From Vicugna vicugna (Eukaryota): a stretch of DNA of 64,000 bases. A model generated the notes under the pieces. It searched no databases and was not told where the DNA came from. It saw only the letters and a list, made by a program, of their open reading frames with translations. The first letter of the stretch is position 1. The number at the start of each line of letters is the position of its first letter. Location: contig MU063101.1 in NCBI GenBank assembly GCA_013265495.1, positions 6,066,164 through 6,130,163 of the forward strand, given 5' to 3'. A program made the position numbers and the translations under genes. This document shows, one piece after another, positions 25,199 through 37,941 of the stretch.

Positions 25199-25833
25199 CA
25201 ATCAATTCTGGTTATTCACAGATGCCATAGTTGTGACTTTGCTTACTTGCTAAAATTTATTTATAATCCCCAGATCAATACTGTGGTACTTGCCTGGTAA
25301 TCTGCATACATGGGCAAAGTGGTGGAAAATGTAAGTCGTCCTACGTGTTTCCAGCTGAGGTCAAATGGGGGGCTCTCTGCTTTTTTGTTTCAACTTTCAT
25401 ACTACAAGCAAACAACTTTCTTTTTTGCAATCTCTTTAGTGCCCTTTTCCACACATTTTTGTGCTTTTTGTTGGTGATTTCACTACTTGAAGTGGCCTAC
25501 AAATGCTAACATCCTATTTAATATTCCTAAGTGCGAGAAGTCTGTAATATGTCTTCTGTAGAAAATATGTGTTAAATAAGCATCCTTCAGGCATAGTGAA
25601 GTTGGTTGTGCATTCAATGTTAGTGAATTAACAATATATATTAAATAAGGTGTCTTTAAATATAAACACACATAAAACAAGGTTATAAATTAATTAGTTG
25701 ACAAAAATGTTATGATCTGAAGCTTGCAAGAACCTAATTCTATATTTCCTCTGGGAGCAATGGCTCAGTGTTTACTTACACAGTATTCATGGTGATACAG
25801 AACATAAATACTGTGAATAATGAGGGTAGACTT
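25199..25833. mobile_element. Tigger4 (Zombi)-like DNA transposon, non-autonomous
   Basis: Terminal inverted repeats caatcaattctggttattcacag / ctgtgaataatgagggtagact, preceded by TA. Internal text tgtgctttttgttggtgatttc...aaataaggtgtctttaaa. Confidence 0.85.
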
Positions 25834-26462
25834 CATTCCTAAGAAGAATTTAAAAATGCATTTTATATTTTTGCTCCAAATTTATGTTTCCTGCAGTTCC
25901 ATTCCATATTAGCAGGCCATGAAGAGTTATTTCTCCACAGAATGTGTGGCTGGAATTGCCATTAGGAAGATTGGCGCCATTCTACAGCCCAGCTGTAGAC
26001 CTGGGCCAAGCCAGCCCAGGAGAGCAAGAAAGTACATACGTGTAATGTGACTGTGCATTTCTCACTTGCTGAGTTATCTATGAGATCTTGGAGCCTGGGA
26101 CAAAGTAAGGCTTTCCCAAGGGAGCATGCAAATGTGCATATGGGCAGTTTTTTCTCTTTAAAGAAAATATTCAGTAAATGTCAACTTTGTTCTCAACTTT
26201 GTAGTTTACTTCATGATAATGTGTTGCAAGAAGAAGGGACAACACTGCATTACAGATGTTCCGCTTCCATGATTTAAAAAAAGTCAGTTTATGAGGAGGA
26301 TTCATACTAAGTATAATCAACAGCACACCAAGTCTTCTGCCAATCAGAGCATTTCTGGATAATAAGCATCAAATCTCAGTAATGTGGATGCTCTTTGTTC
26401 TCCACGAACCATCCAAAGGATCTAAAACGAGAACAAAACTGGAGAAGAGAACAAAGACTTCA

Positions 26463-26661
26463 TCTGGAGATGGCAGATACATCCCATCTTGTGGGCCAAC
26501 TGTCTTGTGGCCATTGATTGGCAGTGATTACAGGCAAAAGTGTGTTGAAAAGGAATCTGAGGCCAAATCCAGGCTCAGTGGTGCATCATGACATGATTGA
26601 TTAGTAATGTCTGCTGTGGGTGAGGAGGGGTGTAGCATATGTGCCATGTATTTGCCCTCTG
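26463..26661. mobile_element. Short hAT-type MITE (family name uncertain)
   Basis: gatggcagata ... gtgttgaaaaggaatctgaggcc ... gattgattagtaatgtctgc ... gtgccatgtatttgccctctg. Confidence 0.65.
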
Positions 26662-27444
26662 TAAGTTAGAGCAGCAGAGCTTCAGCAGAAGAATCCCTCT
26701 CTCACTATGTTATAATAGAATCATGTCTGGCTTGGTGATTTCTCTCAATGCTGTGCTTAGCTATGTTGCCTCATATAGAGTAAAAGCTCAATAAACAGTT
26801 GCTAAATGTATAAGTATGTACTTTTATACCAGTGAATGTAGAGGGGAGGGGAGGGAAGGAAGGCAAGTTTTTCAGGCCTCTGAAGTAGAATGGGGACAGC
26901 AGTTTGAGGTCACAAAGTCTTCCAATTTAACTTGAAATCCTGCCCCATAGGTGGCAGCCTCCGTTGCCTTCACTTAAGGCCACTTAAAGACACAAAATGT
27001 TGCAGCTGTCACCAGCACCACCCTTGAATAACAGGCTGAGCTGCTGGAGGCCACAGAGACTCAGCAGGACCCAAGCTTGGGAATAGATTTTCTGATTTTT
27101 TTGAGTGCTTAAGACTACAGCTACCCATGGGGCATTATGTAGAAAGAGTCACCACATAAGGGCTTCTGTGATTATTTGTGTCCCTTTCAAGGTCTTGTTT
27201 ATCAACATAACTGGCCTGTTTCCTAGCAGGTACATTAAGTCTGAACAGAGCCAGCCCATCCATCCTTCTCTAGGTGCCCAGCAGGGCAGAAGGTCACACC
27301 TGCAGCTTCTCATCATGATCTGCACAGAAGCCACACAGAGGGAACACATATCTGAACAGGATGGGGACTGGCTCCCGAGGAGTGTCTATGGGACATAGCA
27401 GAACCCAGAGGCCAGTTGCAGGAGGGAGGCCCTTCTCCCTCTGC

Positions 27445-27740
27445 TCTTCAAATTGAATCTAAGCAGTGGTTCCCAGTATGTTACACAAAGTGATCCATAT
27501 AATTTTGTTTTAAATTACTTAATTTTTTTCATCCTTTTAATGTTATATGTATGTTTTAAAATATGCATGGTATGTCACCCTAGTGGTAAAGTGCATACAT
27601 AAGAAGTTGACCCTTGAACAACACAGGTTTGCACTGTGCATGTCCACTTATACATGAATTTTTTTTCAGTAGATACTACAGTACTACATGGTGATCCCAG
27701 TTGGTTGAATCTGCAGATCTGGAACCAGGGCAGAGTATGG
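27445..27740. mobile_element. hAT-Charlie fragment plus Tigger2/MER8-like end
   Basis: cagtggttccca at ~27465. agttgacccttgaacaacacaggtttgcactgtgcatgtccacttatac at ~27605. Confidence 0.65.
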
Positions 27741-28501
27741 AACTTGGGAAATATATATATAAAACCACTTCTACCTACTTCTCACACTAAATTCAGCACA
27801 AGCAACCTTTGAACAGTATCCATAAAAGAAACATAAGAGGACTCTGAAAGGAGCAGAGGGGAAAGTAGACCAGCTAGGAATTTTGAGACCTCAGACATGG
27901 TGGTGGAGTTCCTTCAGTTCTTTTTGAAATCACATATCTTCAATTGGGTTCAGGAGAAGCTAGCAAACCTAGAAATGCTAATGGATGCAGACAAAAAAAA
28001 AAAAAAAAAAAAAAAAACTAACCAAGGGACCAGGAAAGGGGCAGCGTAGCAAGACAGGGCATCAAAACACCACGAAACAAATCTGTGACCCATTAGCAAA
28101 GGCCCCATTAGCAAAGGCCAAGTGGAGAGCCTAAATATGCACCCTGACCAAGAGGGGAACAGTAAGGAGGTGAGATGCCTTTCCTTACCAGCCATGGTGG
28201 TATCAGTGGAAGCTTAATGGGGAGCCTGGAACATTAACCCTCTAGCATTAATGAGGAACCCCCTAACCCCTAAATAGAGGCTGAGTGGAGAACTTGGGCT
28301 TCCATCCCTACCTGCAGTAATGAGGTAATGTGGAATCAGAGGAGGCTTGCTGAAAAGAAGACTTAAATAAGAACCAAAGTCTCATAATATAATAGAATAA
28401 TGTCTGGGATACAAGTGAAAATTACTCATTATACCACGAACTAGGAAAATCTCAATGTGAATGAGAAAAGATAATGGACAGATGCCAACACCTAGGTGAC
28501 A

Positions 28502-28634
28502 NNNNNNNNNNNNNNNNNNNNNNNNNNNNNNNNNNNNNNNNNNNNNNNNNNNNNNNNNNNNNNNNNNNNNNNNNNNNNNNNNNNNNNNNNNNNNNNNNNN
28601 NNNNNNNNNNNNNNNNNNNNNNNNNNNNNNNNNN
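28502..28634. other. Assembly gap (133 N) inside L1
   Basis: Run of N. Confidence 1.
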
Positions 28635-29401
28635 TTTAAAGAAAAGAAAAGTTATAAAGAAGAACCAAATGGACATTTCAGAACTGAAAAATACAATAAT
28701 GGAACTCAAAACAAAACAAAACAAACAAAACCCAATGGATAGGCTCAACAGCAGAATGGAGGTAATGTTTCTACATGTCACGAGAACCAGTAACCAGTAA
28801 AATGTCAATACCAGTCGGCTGTGCTAAGTTATGTGATCATGTATGTATAATGTATAAATTTAGAATAAAATTCTAAAAAAATGTTCAGGCAACCCAGATG
28901 AAGGCAGGGAAAAGGAAACAGAAATGAGAAACAGAGGAAACAAACAGAAAACAAAAATAATTTCACACTTAAACCTTAACATGTTAATAAATACATTGAA
29001 TTGAAAGGTCTAAATGCACCAATTAAAACTCAGAGATTGGTAGTGGATTAAAAAACATGATACAACTACATGCACAAGAACTTAGTTGAATTATAAAGAA
29101 TAAAAGTAAAAGGATAGAAAAATGATATATTAGTAATCAAAAGAAAGCAGAGCAGGAATGGCTATCTTAACATCAGATAAGAGACCAGAGCTAAGAAAAT
29201 TATTAGGGACAAAGAGAGGCATAACGTAATGGTAAAAGCATTGCCAACCAAGAAGTCACAGAAGTTCTAAGTATATATGCACCTAACAACAGAGCTGCAA
29301 AAGATGCAAAACAAAAAATTGATAGAATGGAAAAGAGAAATAGACAATGCACGATTGTAGGTGAAAACTTCAACCTCCCTCTCTTCAATGATTAATAGAA
29401 C

Positions 29402-29867
29402 TGTGAAGGAAAAACCGGGCTGGTCTAACAAGATAACTCACAAGTCTAGGAATGTGAAGGAGAGGCTGGGCTGGGCTAACAAGATAACTCACAAATCTAA
29501 GGATTGGAATACTGATCTGAGTTCTGCTAGACTAACTTGTAAATCTAAGTTAATTAGTGTTGGTTTGCTGTTCATGTTTTTTTTACTAGCCAGCTGGGTT
29601 TTCAAAGATACATATCTGGCTTTGGAATGTTGGTTTGCTGCCTCCCCGCCTCCACTTTTGTGATGATAATGCTGCTAAAGCTGTTCCATGCCTATTGGCC
29701 TAATACCCCAAGCTTGTACTTTACCCTATAAAACCTCATGCGCATGTCTTGGAGGTGCTCAGAGCTTCGGAGCAGAAACCCCTCTGAGCCCGCCGGCGTA
29801 ATACATCTGAGTACTCCAACCCTCCGAGTGGTGCTTGTTTCTTGACTGGCCTGTCGTTTCCGTAACA
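29402..29867 (+). mobile_element. Young ERV1-type solo LTR (466 bp) nested in L1 ORF2
   Basis: tgtgaagg...gtaaca with exact 4-bp TSD gaac (29398-29401 / 29868-29871). ATTGG at 29694, TATAAAA at 29727, AATACA at 29800. L1 sequence rejoins across it. Confidence 0.9.
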
Positions 29868-30499
29868 GAACAAGTCAAAAATCAGCAAGGATATAGAAGA
29901 ACTCAGCACCATCAGTCGGCAGGATCCAATCAACATAGAACAGTCTGCCCAACAGCAGCAGAGTACACATGTTTCTCAAGTGCCCAGGGGGCATTCACCA
30001 AGGTAGGCCATATCCTGGCCATACAACAAACCTCAAGAAAGTTAAAAGGACTGACATCACAGAGGGTATCCTCTGACCACACTGAATCATCAAACTAGAA
30101 ATCAATTACGGAAAGATAATGGGAAACCTCTAAACACATGGAAACTAAACAGTGCAGTTCTAAATAATCCATGAGTCAAAGAGGAAATCTCAACAGAAAT
30201 AAAAATATATGTTGAACTGAATGAAATATAAGTAAATAAAGTAGGATAAAAATTTCATGTATAATTACAGTGGAAAGTACAGAGAAAAGACTAAGAAAAT
30301 CATCCCTACAAGTAAACAGTATTTGCTTCTCCCCCCCCAAACAAAACAAAATGAAACAAACAAATAAAAAACAAAAACCAAGAACCAAATAAACAAACAC
30401 AAGAACAAAAGAAAAACCACTGGCAGAGCAGTGTGCCAAATCCTGGCTCACATTCCTCTTTCCTAGACACACAGAATACTCTGCCCCCAACTCTCTCTC

Positions 30500-30950
30500 C
30501 TGGGGCATCAGTCATGATTATAGCAGGAAACAAAAGATACATTCAAAGTAGCATCAACCAAGGAGGTTTAATTAAAGAGCTATTTATAAAGGTTGGGTGG
30601 GGTTGAGGGAAACCGCAAGGGATGTTATAGTGCCCAGCCGCAGAGGACAATAGGACTGTGACTAATCTGAGGCCTGAAGGGGCAAGTGCAATCATGGTTA
30701 TACATCCCGGACACAATGAAGGGTGTAGAGAGAACCACCAAAAGAGAGCTGTGACCTTTTGTCAAGTTGCTCAGGGGAGGAAGCTGGAAAAGTAAATCTC
30801 CCCCACTTCTGCCTCCCCTGGTCTTCTGCCTGGATCTCTATTGTCCAAACTCAGCTGGAAGCCAGAGGCATGAGTGTCCCTGTGATCTGTAATCCATACA
30901 GATTAGCCTCTCCTGGGAAGAAAACAAGTGGAGAAAGGTAGATCACAGAT
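30500..30950 (-). mobile_element. ERVL-class LTR remnant (LTR33/LTR41-like; name uncertain)
   Basis: agcaggaaacaaaagatacattcaaa...gagctatttataaaggttggg...ggcctgaaggggcaag...ggaagccagaggc. Confidence 0.55.
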
Positions 30951-31049
30951 TTCTTTCTTGGTGGTGGGGGCAAATAGGAAGCTATTAGGGTGGCAAAGGG
31001 ACCTAGAAATTAGGTGACAATGTTTAAAGTGGCAGCATTACAAGATGGA

Positions 31050-31195
31050 CTACTTGGAGGTGAGTTGCCAAAAGGAGCCACCCAATTGCCAAATGACTAT
31101 GATGGGAGTGAGAAATAAACCTTTATTATATTAAGCCACTGAGATTTGGGGTTATTAGTTAAAGCATCTAGTGTTAATTACTGTGACCAACACAC
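31050..31195 (+). mobile_element. MLT1 LTR 3' end
   Basis: gtgagaaataaacctttattatattaagccactgagatttgggg. Confidence 0.65.
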
Positions 31196-31671
31196 CCAAT
31201 AAAAGTCTGAGTCTCAAATTCTGTGTGGAGTCACATGTTAAACACACAGTGTAGTGCTCAGGAGTAATTAAAAAGTGATTCCAGTATTTACCTGTGTCTC
31301 GAAAAACACAAAACGTACAATGGGGATACAATTCATAATTTTAGTAACTCCCTTTTAAACCTATTTTATCACCAATACAACCCTTCTTTGCCTAGATACT
31401 CATAACTATCTTCTCTTGAAAACTTCCCTCAACTCCCAGTCTGTGCAGGATTTGTTCTTACTAATCCCTGTTCCCTCCCATGCCTTTATCATGTAGGTCA
31501 CTTAGCCTCTCCCTCTGTTGTCCCCATCCCCTCTTTAGTCTCTCTCTTATCACAGAAGATACCTGAATCTGGTTGCCTAATACAGAGGGGTGTGTAGGGC
31601 TTAAATAAAATTAAGGTAGGGAAATTAAGGTAGGGAATCCAGGGACAAGGTTAAAACACAGGCCATGTGCT

Positions 31672-32058
31672 TGTGGCAGGCTGGCTGCTCTTCGAATGAG
31701 ACAGAGTCGACATGTCGTGTGTTTATTAGGGAGAACACTTTGGATCAACACCTGTGGAAGGGAGAGGGCGGAAGCTGGGTGGGCAGAGGGAAAGCCACAC
31801 TGTGACACGGGAGCTCCGGAGCCCATGCGGTCCATCAGACCTGTCCTGCTTTGGGCCAAAATGGCTTGGCCTTTATGGGCCAAAATGGCTTGGCCTTTAT
31901 CCCCCTGCCTCCATCTGACATTGATGTGTGACTTTGGGTGAGGCAATTCCTGAGAGGGCTGACAGCTCAAGGCTGCCTGCTGACAGCTCTCCCAGCAGCT
32001 GGAACAGTAAGTCCTGCCTTGTATGGAGACCTGGGCATCAGGTCTCACATCCATCACT
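31672..32058 (-). mobile_element. LTR16-like ERVL LTR
   Basis: gtttattagggagaacactttggatcaacacctgtggaaggga...gggcagagggaaagcc...ctcccagcagctggaac. Confidence 0.75.
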
Positions 32059-32714
32059 GTGCAGAGGGTCTGTGAATGGGTGAGTGGTGGGTTGCAGCTC
32101 TGGCTCTGAGCTGTCTGCAGCTTCTGTGGTCATCACTACTGTATAGACATTGCTGTCATTCCTTCCATGTTCTTCATTCCTTCCTTGAGGCTCTTATACC
32201 GTGCTACATTTGCCACTTTCTAGAAGAACCACATCAAAATTCTCTTCTTCCAAGAGGCCTGGATGTCTGACCATCGGCCCCTTCCGTTCTCCTGACCCAG
32301 TGCTGCTGGGCCTGCTGCATGGGAGCTGCAGCCCCAGAGGGGTTTCCCGGGGCTTTCTGAGTTGCAGGGTTATAGAGAAGTGTGTTGCTGGTCTTGCTAT
32401 AATTCATTGATTTCTCATTATTATTAAAGAATGGGGTAATGGCTGTAGTCATTGCCAGGACTTATTTACAGCTCTCTCTGTCCCGATTGTTAGCCTCAGA
32501 TTGCACTCTGGGGCTGTAGATAACTTGCTGGCCCTCTGAGCTGATTGTTTTGCCTGATTGTATATCATTAGGGCCTGAGCAGCAATGGCTTTTTAATTTC
32601 TCTTTTTCCAGTGAGCCTGATTTTTCATTTCTTTCAATGGCCCAGACCTGCCCTTTGTAAGCTTGGGAATAGAGCCAAGGGGGATAAATGCTATGGAGCC
32701 CTAAGGCATGTCTC

Positions 32715-32900
32715 TGCTTTGGTTTGAAACCCAGCTCAGACATGAACTGCCTGTATGAACTTGGACAAGTTTCTTAATCCCCATATACCTCAGTTTTCTC
32801 ACCTGTAAGATAGGGATAATGGTACTTACCAAGTATAGTTGTTGTGAGGGGGAAATCTCATATCATGTGCTTAGAACCGTACCTGACACTAGAGCAGTGT
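32715..32900 (+). mobile_element. MIR
   Basis: ttggacaagtttcttaatcccc...cctcagttttctcacctgtaagatagggataat. Confidence 0.75.
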
Positions 32901-33739
32901 CTCTGGTGTGGTTGTCCTTATTGCTACCTCCATTTTTTCTTATGGGAAAAGTGAAGGTCAGATTGAAATGAATGATTCTGATCGGCTGGTGGTAGCTTTT
33001 CCATATGAACTCCTTCACCAACTTTCTTTTGGCACATTTCCTCCACCTTACCCCTGGACGTGATATAGTAATAAAACTCTGCATCCATTCTAATTCCAAC
33101 ACCAATGGCAATGCCCTATGAGCTTGCTGAGTCCTTGATTCAATTTGACTGTCTTCTTGCTGATGCCAATATTCATTTGCTCTGGCCCTTCTGAATCCCC
33201 CAGATAACTGATCTATGATGGGAACCACCCAGACTCAGGCAAAAGGTGTGAAATTGTTCAAGGGAGTCGTTTCTAGAAAGTTACCAATATTTAATGAATG
33301 ACTCCCTCCATATCTCCAGCCTTGTTTCTTATCACGTATGCTCCGTTTTGCTGGACATTTCATGCTCAGAACCTCTGACCATATGTAGAGGCTGTATTCT
33401 TCTGTCTGTAAATCTCTTCTTTCCATTACCCTGTCTTCACTTGCCTGATTTCTACAGTCCACCATACAGTTCAGGTCTTCCCTTACTGAACTTCCTCCTC
33501 AAGATTGCCAGGTCTTCAGATTTCTATGGAAAATAGTCAGATCTCAATGCTCCATTCACTGCTTTTTCAGCATCTTTTTAAACTCCCAACATCACAGGTT
33601 AGACAGGGATTATCCAGGAATCATGGGTATGAGGAGGAAAGGAAGTCCTACTTACCCGGGACTGGAGGTTTTATAATAGAGACCTCTGTGCTTCATGGTT
33701 TTGTATATCAGCTCTATATGTATTGAACGTGAATTCTAC

Positions 33740-34680
33740 TTATCCACCCATCCATCCATCCAATAACAAAATGTTAATTGAGAGTAATACAAACCCAAAT
33801 CAGGGGAAAGGTGAATCCCTGTCTTCAGTGATCTCATAGCCCAACATAGGAGAAGTGTATGTACAAAGATTATAGAATAAATAAACATTCAATTAGTATC
33901 ACATGATTAAGGTTTTACAGAAGAACAAAACAGCTTTTCTGACAGAGGTACTAGGGGAAGGAATCTTTGACAGAGAATATGGTACCTTAGCTTGACCTGG
34001 AAGGAAGAGTAGGATTTCAACAGGTAAGAGTGGAGATGGATCCTTCCAGGCAAAGGAAGGAGCATGGGCAATGGCACCAGTGTACCACTGGAACGTTTCA
34101 TACATCCATATGTAGCCTGAAGGCAGTAGTGGGAAGTGAGGCTAGAAAGCTGGTTTTCACAATAAAGGGAAAAGCTAGATAAGAAGTATAGACTGCATAT
34201 GATAGGAGATACCGAATTATTGAAAAGTTCTGATGTTGAGTGACATCAGCAGAGCTGTGCTTTGGGCAGATTTATTTGGCAATGTTGCACATAATTTATT
34301 TTAGGAAAAGACTAAAAGTAGATGAAAGACTCTGAGGTGGAGAGTGACATGTCTGGCTGGACTAACCTGTCAGCATGGGCTACGTTGGAGAGAAGGGCAT
34401 GAGGGTGTTAAAGAAGCCAGATGCATACAGCTTAGATGTCAGGGTTGAAGGAAGTTTCAAATTCAGCAAACAGAGAGTTGATGAGACCCTGATAGAATAG
34501 CCAGTTTTGGAGGAAGATGCTGAATTTCACTTTAGAGATAGGAGTTAGAAGTGTCAGCAAGAGCTTCCAGATGGAGGAGTCCAGCTGCAGTGGGAATTGT
34601 GTGGCTTGAACACAGGAGCATGGTCAAAGTTGGTGCCAGAGTTTGGATTAATTTCAATAAGAGCTTGTAGGAAAGAAGAG
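33740..34680 (-). mobile_element. L2
   Basis: Starts ccatccatccatccaataacaaaatgttaattgag (antisense 3' end) and continues as purine-rich antisense L2 body. Confidence 0.7.
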
Positions 34681-37600
34681 CAGAGAGACAAAAAGCTGAT
34701 GGTTCTGTTCTTCAGTGTGTTGACTTCTTTATCTTGCGAGGGATCTATTAGCTTTCCTGCCCTCAAGAGAAGGTGAAACCAGTTGCCTCCGTAGAGTGGT
34801 TGAGACATCCAGAAACATCCAGTGTGGAATAGCTTTCTTCCACCATGAGGCTGGAACATGGATGCAAAGTATTTTCTTTACTAATCACAGGTTACTTCTT
34901 CTGACCAACCAGTTAGTGTATCCAGATGACAGCATCCTTCCTGTCCCACTCCCCTGAGATAGATGGTGAAGAACTAGAGTGTTATTTCAAATACCGTGTC
35001 TTTCTGGAGTCCCAGAGGGAAACAAACACACTAGAGTTGTGTGACAACCTAGAAGATAGGAATGCCAGATGAAAGTGAGACCAAGTCTTGAGGCATACAG
35101 CAGTCATAGACCACTCCATTTTCTCTGGAGACTGGCTGAGATCATTGTCCCTGAGTCCTTGGGAGTTTACGGTTTTGTATTAAATCTATGTGTTTCCTTT
35201 TGATGAAGTATTTTATGATGGGCATTGTAAATTACTCTAAGGAAACTTTTTAGTCAGCAAGAATTTTATGACAATGATAAATTTGGGCAATGTCTTTTTA
35301 AGTGTCTCTGTGAATGAACACTTTCTAAATTTCCCCAGGTTCTAGTCAAAGATAGGGCCTACTGGTGATTATTTTTGTACTTTCCATGTCTCAAGTGACT
35401 TCTTTTATTAAGATTCCCAAGAATAAGACTTATGATTTATCCTGATGACATATTAACAGCTAGTGATACCAAATACATTTTTCTTTCTTATGTACCAGAA
35501 AGTATATTCTTGCCTTCAGCCTTTGGGGTACAATGAATTTTTAAAAGTTCTCTGGTGTTTTTCTTCAACATTGAACATTTCTTAGCTTTGTAAGTTATCG
35601 AAATAGTTAGAGGGTCTGGAGAGAAAAAGAAACAGAAATGAAGATAGAATGATGTCTTATTGACAAGACATAAGAAAAGATGGAAGTCATCCTGTGGTTT
35701 TCATTTATGAAATGATTGAATTGGATCAATATTAGGGTGAATCCCATTAAGGGATAAAAAGGCCCACCCCTCCCCCCAAATTGCACTCAGCCAAAATCAT
35801 TTGATTCAGTGACCACACTTAAATATTTACAGCATGAAAGAGAGCACAAAATTTACCCTAAAAATCATTTTCAGGGTAGTTTCATTTGTAAAAGAAACAA
35901 AATTATTTGAATTTCACAGGGTCCTTTATTGTTTATCTTCTTAGATGTGTTTACAGCGGAAAAAGCAATCAAATCACTGGCCACTTCAGGTTTTCCCAAG
36001 AGTAGATGAGTCATTCATGACTCATTAGAGAAGGGAAGCATCTTTTATCTTTGGAAAACAAAGCAAAACAAAATTTTTCTTCTTTCATATAACATAATTT
36101 GTCTTCATCCTCTGTATGCAAGCCCTCACATTTGAATTCTGAGGTCTTAAGAGCAAGTTAAAAATATACAACATGCCCTCTGAGTATTTCATAAGCACCA
36201 TCTCCACACAACTAGTTAAGAATTTTCATGTAGAAACAGGTATCATTTTGACCTTGAAATTTTAGTTTGGGTCCTTATAAATAGAAGCTAAAAATACATG
36301 AGGACAAAGGAAAAACTAGTGAAACAACAGGATTTATGTATGTAGGTACTGGCTCCTTGATGATTCTTTTCTAAAGAGGATGACCCCTCCTTTTTAGGGG
36401 GATAAAAGGACATAGTGTAGAAATGCAAAAATGTGCAGTGGAATTTGAATTTACTCTCACATCTCTTGATATGCCCAACACCAGACTGTTGATCTCTGTA
36501 GAGGAAACTATCTGGATTTGTGCACAGAAAAGAAGTTCTGGCACAAGTTCTTGACATAAAATTGCTGCTCTCCTGATATTTGTTGAGTAAATCAGCTCAT
36601 CAAAGTAGTTTTGAATGGGTTGGAGTTTAAATTATTATATTTTGTACTGAATAGAATAGATACATGAATAAGTAGATGAGGGAATATATGAGCCATTCTT
36701 CTGGGACATCAAGGGGGCCAAAGACACTGATCTGGTAGCTTTTCCAAGCAAACTGGTAGATGCTGTTGAGTCTCCAAAGTCTCTGTAGTTGGCTGGATGT
36801 TCTAGAACTCATTTGAATGAACTAGAACTGATTTGAAAGCTGTAGAGCTCATCTTGTCAATATTCATTGATTGCACATTTATCCTTATCTTCTTAGTTCT
36901 ACTCCTTCAGTAGAGTTGGTGGTCCTTCAAGATAGTCATTGAATAAATTCTTCTAGTTTTGCATTTTTATTGTTAGTACACTAGGGGTTCCTTGACCAGT
37001 TGCTGCCCAGCTGGTACCTTCCTCCCCTGCATCCTTTTTCTTCCTCACCACCTGTAACATATGTGACATCTCATCCATTTCAGATCAGTGGTGAGCTAGT
37101 GTGTGTAGAGTGTACTGTGTCCTCCATAACAATGACCGGAGGTGGAACACTGATGTGAAGTGGTGGGTTTGGTGCAGAAGTCAAAATGCAAATCCAAGGC
37201 AAAGGTGGTCTTGGGAAACAAAACAGATAATGGAGCCCAGTCCAATTCCAGGCTTAAGGTCTAAAATCAGAGTGTGAAAGAAGCATCCCATGGAGTCTAA
37301 ATGACCTTTGACAGTCCTTTGAAGTGCTCATAAAGTTCTGCATATGTGGCCTCTTTTGATCACACTGGGTACCAACCTGATGTTTCCTGACAAGCCACTT
37401 GTGGCCAGTGTTCCTCCAGGGTCTCTCTCTCACCACCCCCTCCCCACCCGATCCCTTTTACCCCATCCTTTCCACCCTTCTTCTCTCCTTCCTCCTTGGT
37501 CACGTACAGATATTTGAATTTGCATGAAGTGACTCTGTGATGCTAGACCCTGGGAACTGGGCAATAAAGTCAGGAAATACTTAGAAAAGTAAGAAACAGT

Positions 37601-37941
37601 TCATGAACAGTTGGCCTGCAAAACAGGGTTAGGAAGACAGATTGAGTGTTTGACTTGATGTGGCAGAACAAAGAAGGATGGTAGTATCCTCATCCAAGCC
37701 CCACAGAGACTGAGCAACAAGGACATGGAGAGTAGAGATGGGAGACAGTGTTGGGGGCTGTGCACTCTCCCAGGACCCCTCTCCCCTCTCTCTGGAATTG
37801 CATGCTATTTGCAGGATTTCCTGACTTACATTTTTATAAAAAGGAGTATTGAAAGGGTTTCCTGTAATTCAAGATTCTTGTTTACAATTCTCATTGACAT
37901 ACTCAAATTGAGTCACCGATTTAAAAACAAGTTCGAAATAT

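Larger units (their letters stand above)
27780..30240 (+). mobile_element. Decayed, internally deleted L1 (5' region, ORF1 and ORF2 endonuclease remnants)
   Basis: Frame at 28635-28760 reads KKNQMDISELKNTIMELK...DRLNSRME (ORF1 coiled-coil-like). 28990-29400 and 29868-30240 resemble ORF2 EN (IVGENFNLPLSSMINRT). Contains a gap and a nested LTR. Confidence 0.85.

Noticed and set aside
29402-29503. Direct repeats that might suggest a CRISPR-like array
   Set aside because: Only two units with no unique spacers, inside an LTR in a mammalian genome; no cas genes.
32863-33740. Unique segment with several protein-like frames, a CGG|GTAAGT donor at 33655, and faint likeness to bornavirus N or BEL RT motifs
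   Set aside because: All frames are broken by stops, the likeness covers only a few residues, and the upstream acceptor (33714) lacks a pyrimidine tract.
36288-36960. Long stop-poor minus-strand frames (e.g. NYFDELIYSTNIRRAAILCQELVPELL...)
   Set aside because: No family recognised, no start or splice structure, and length is within chance for this window.
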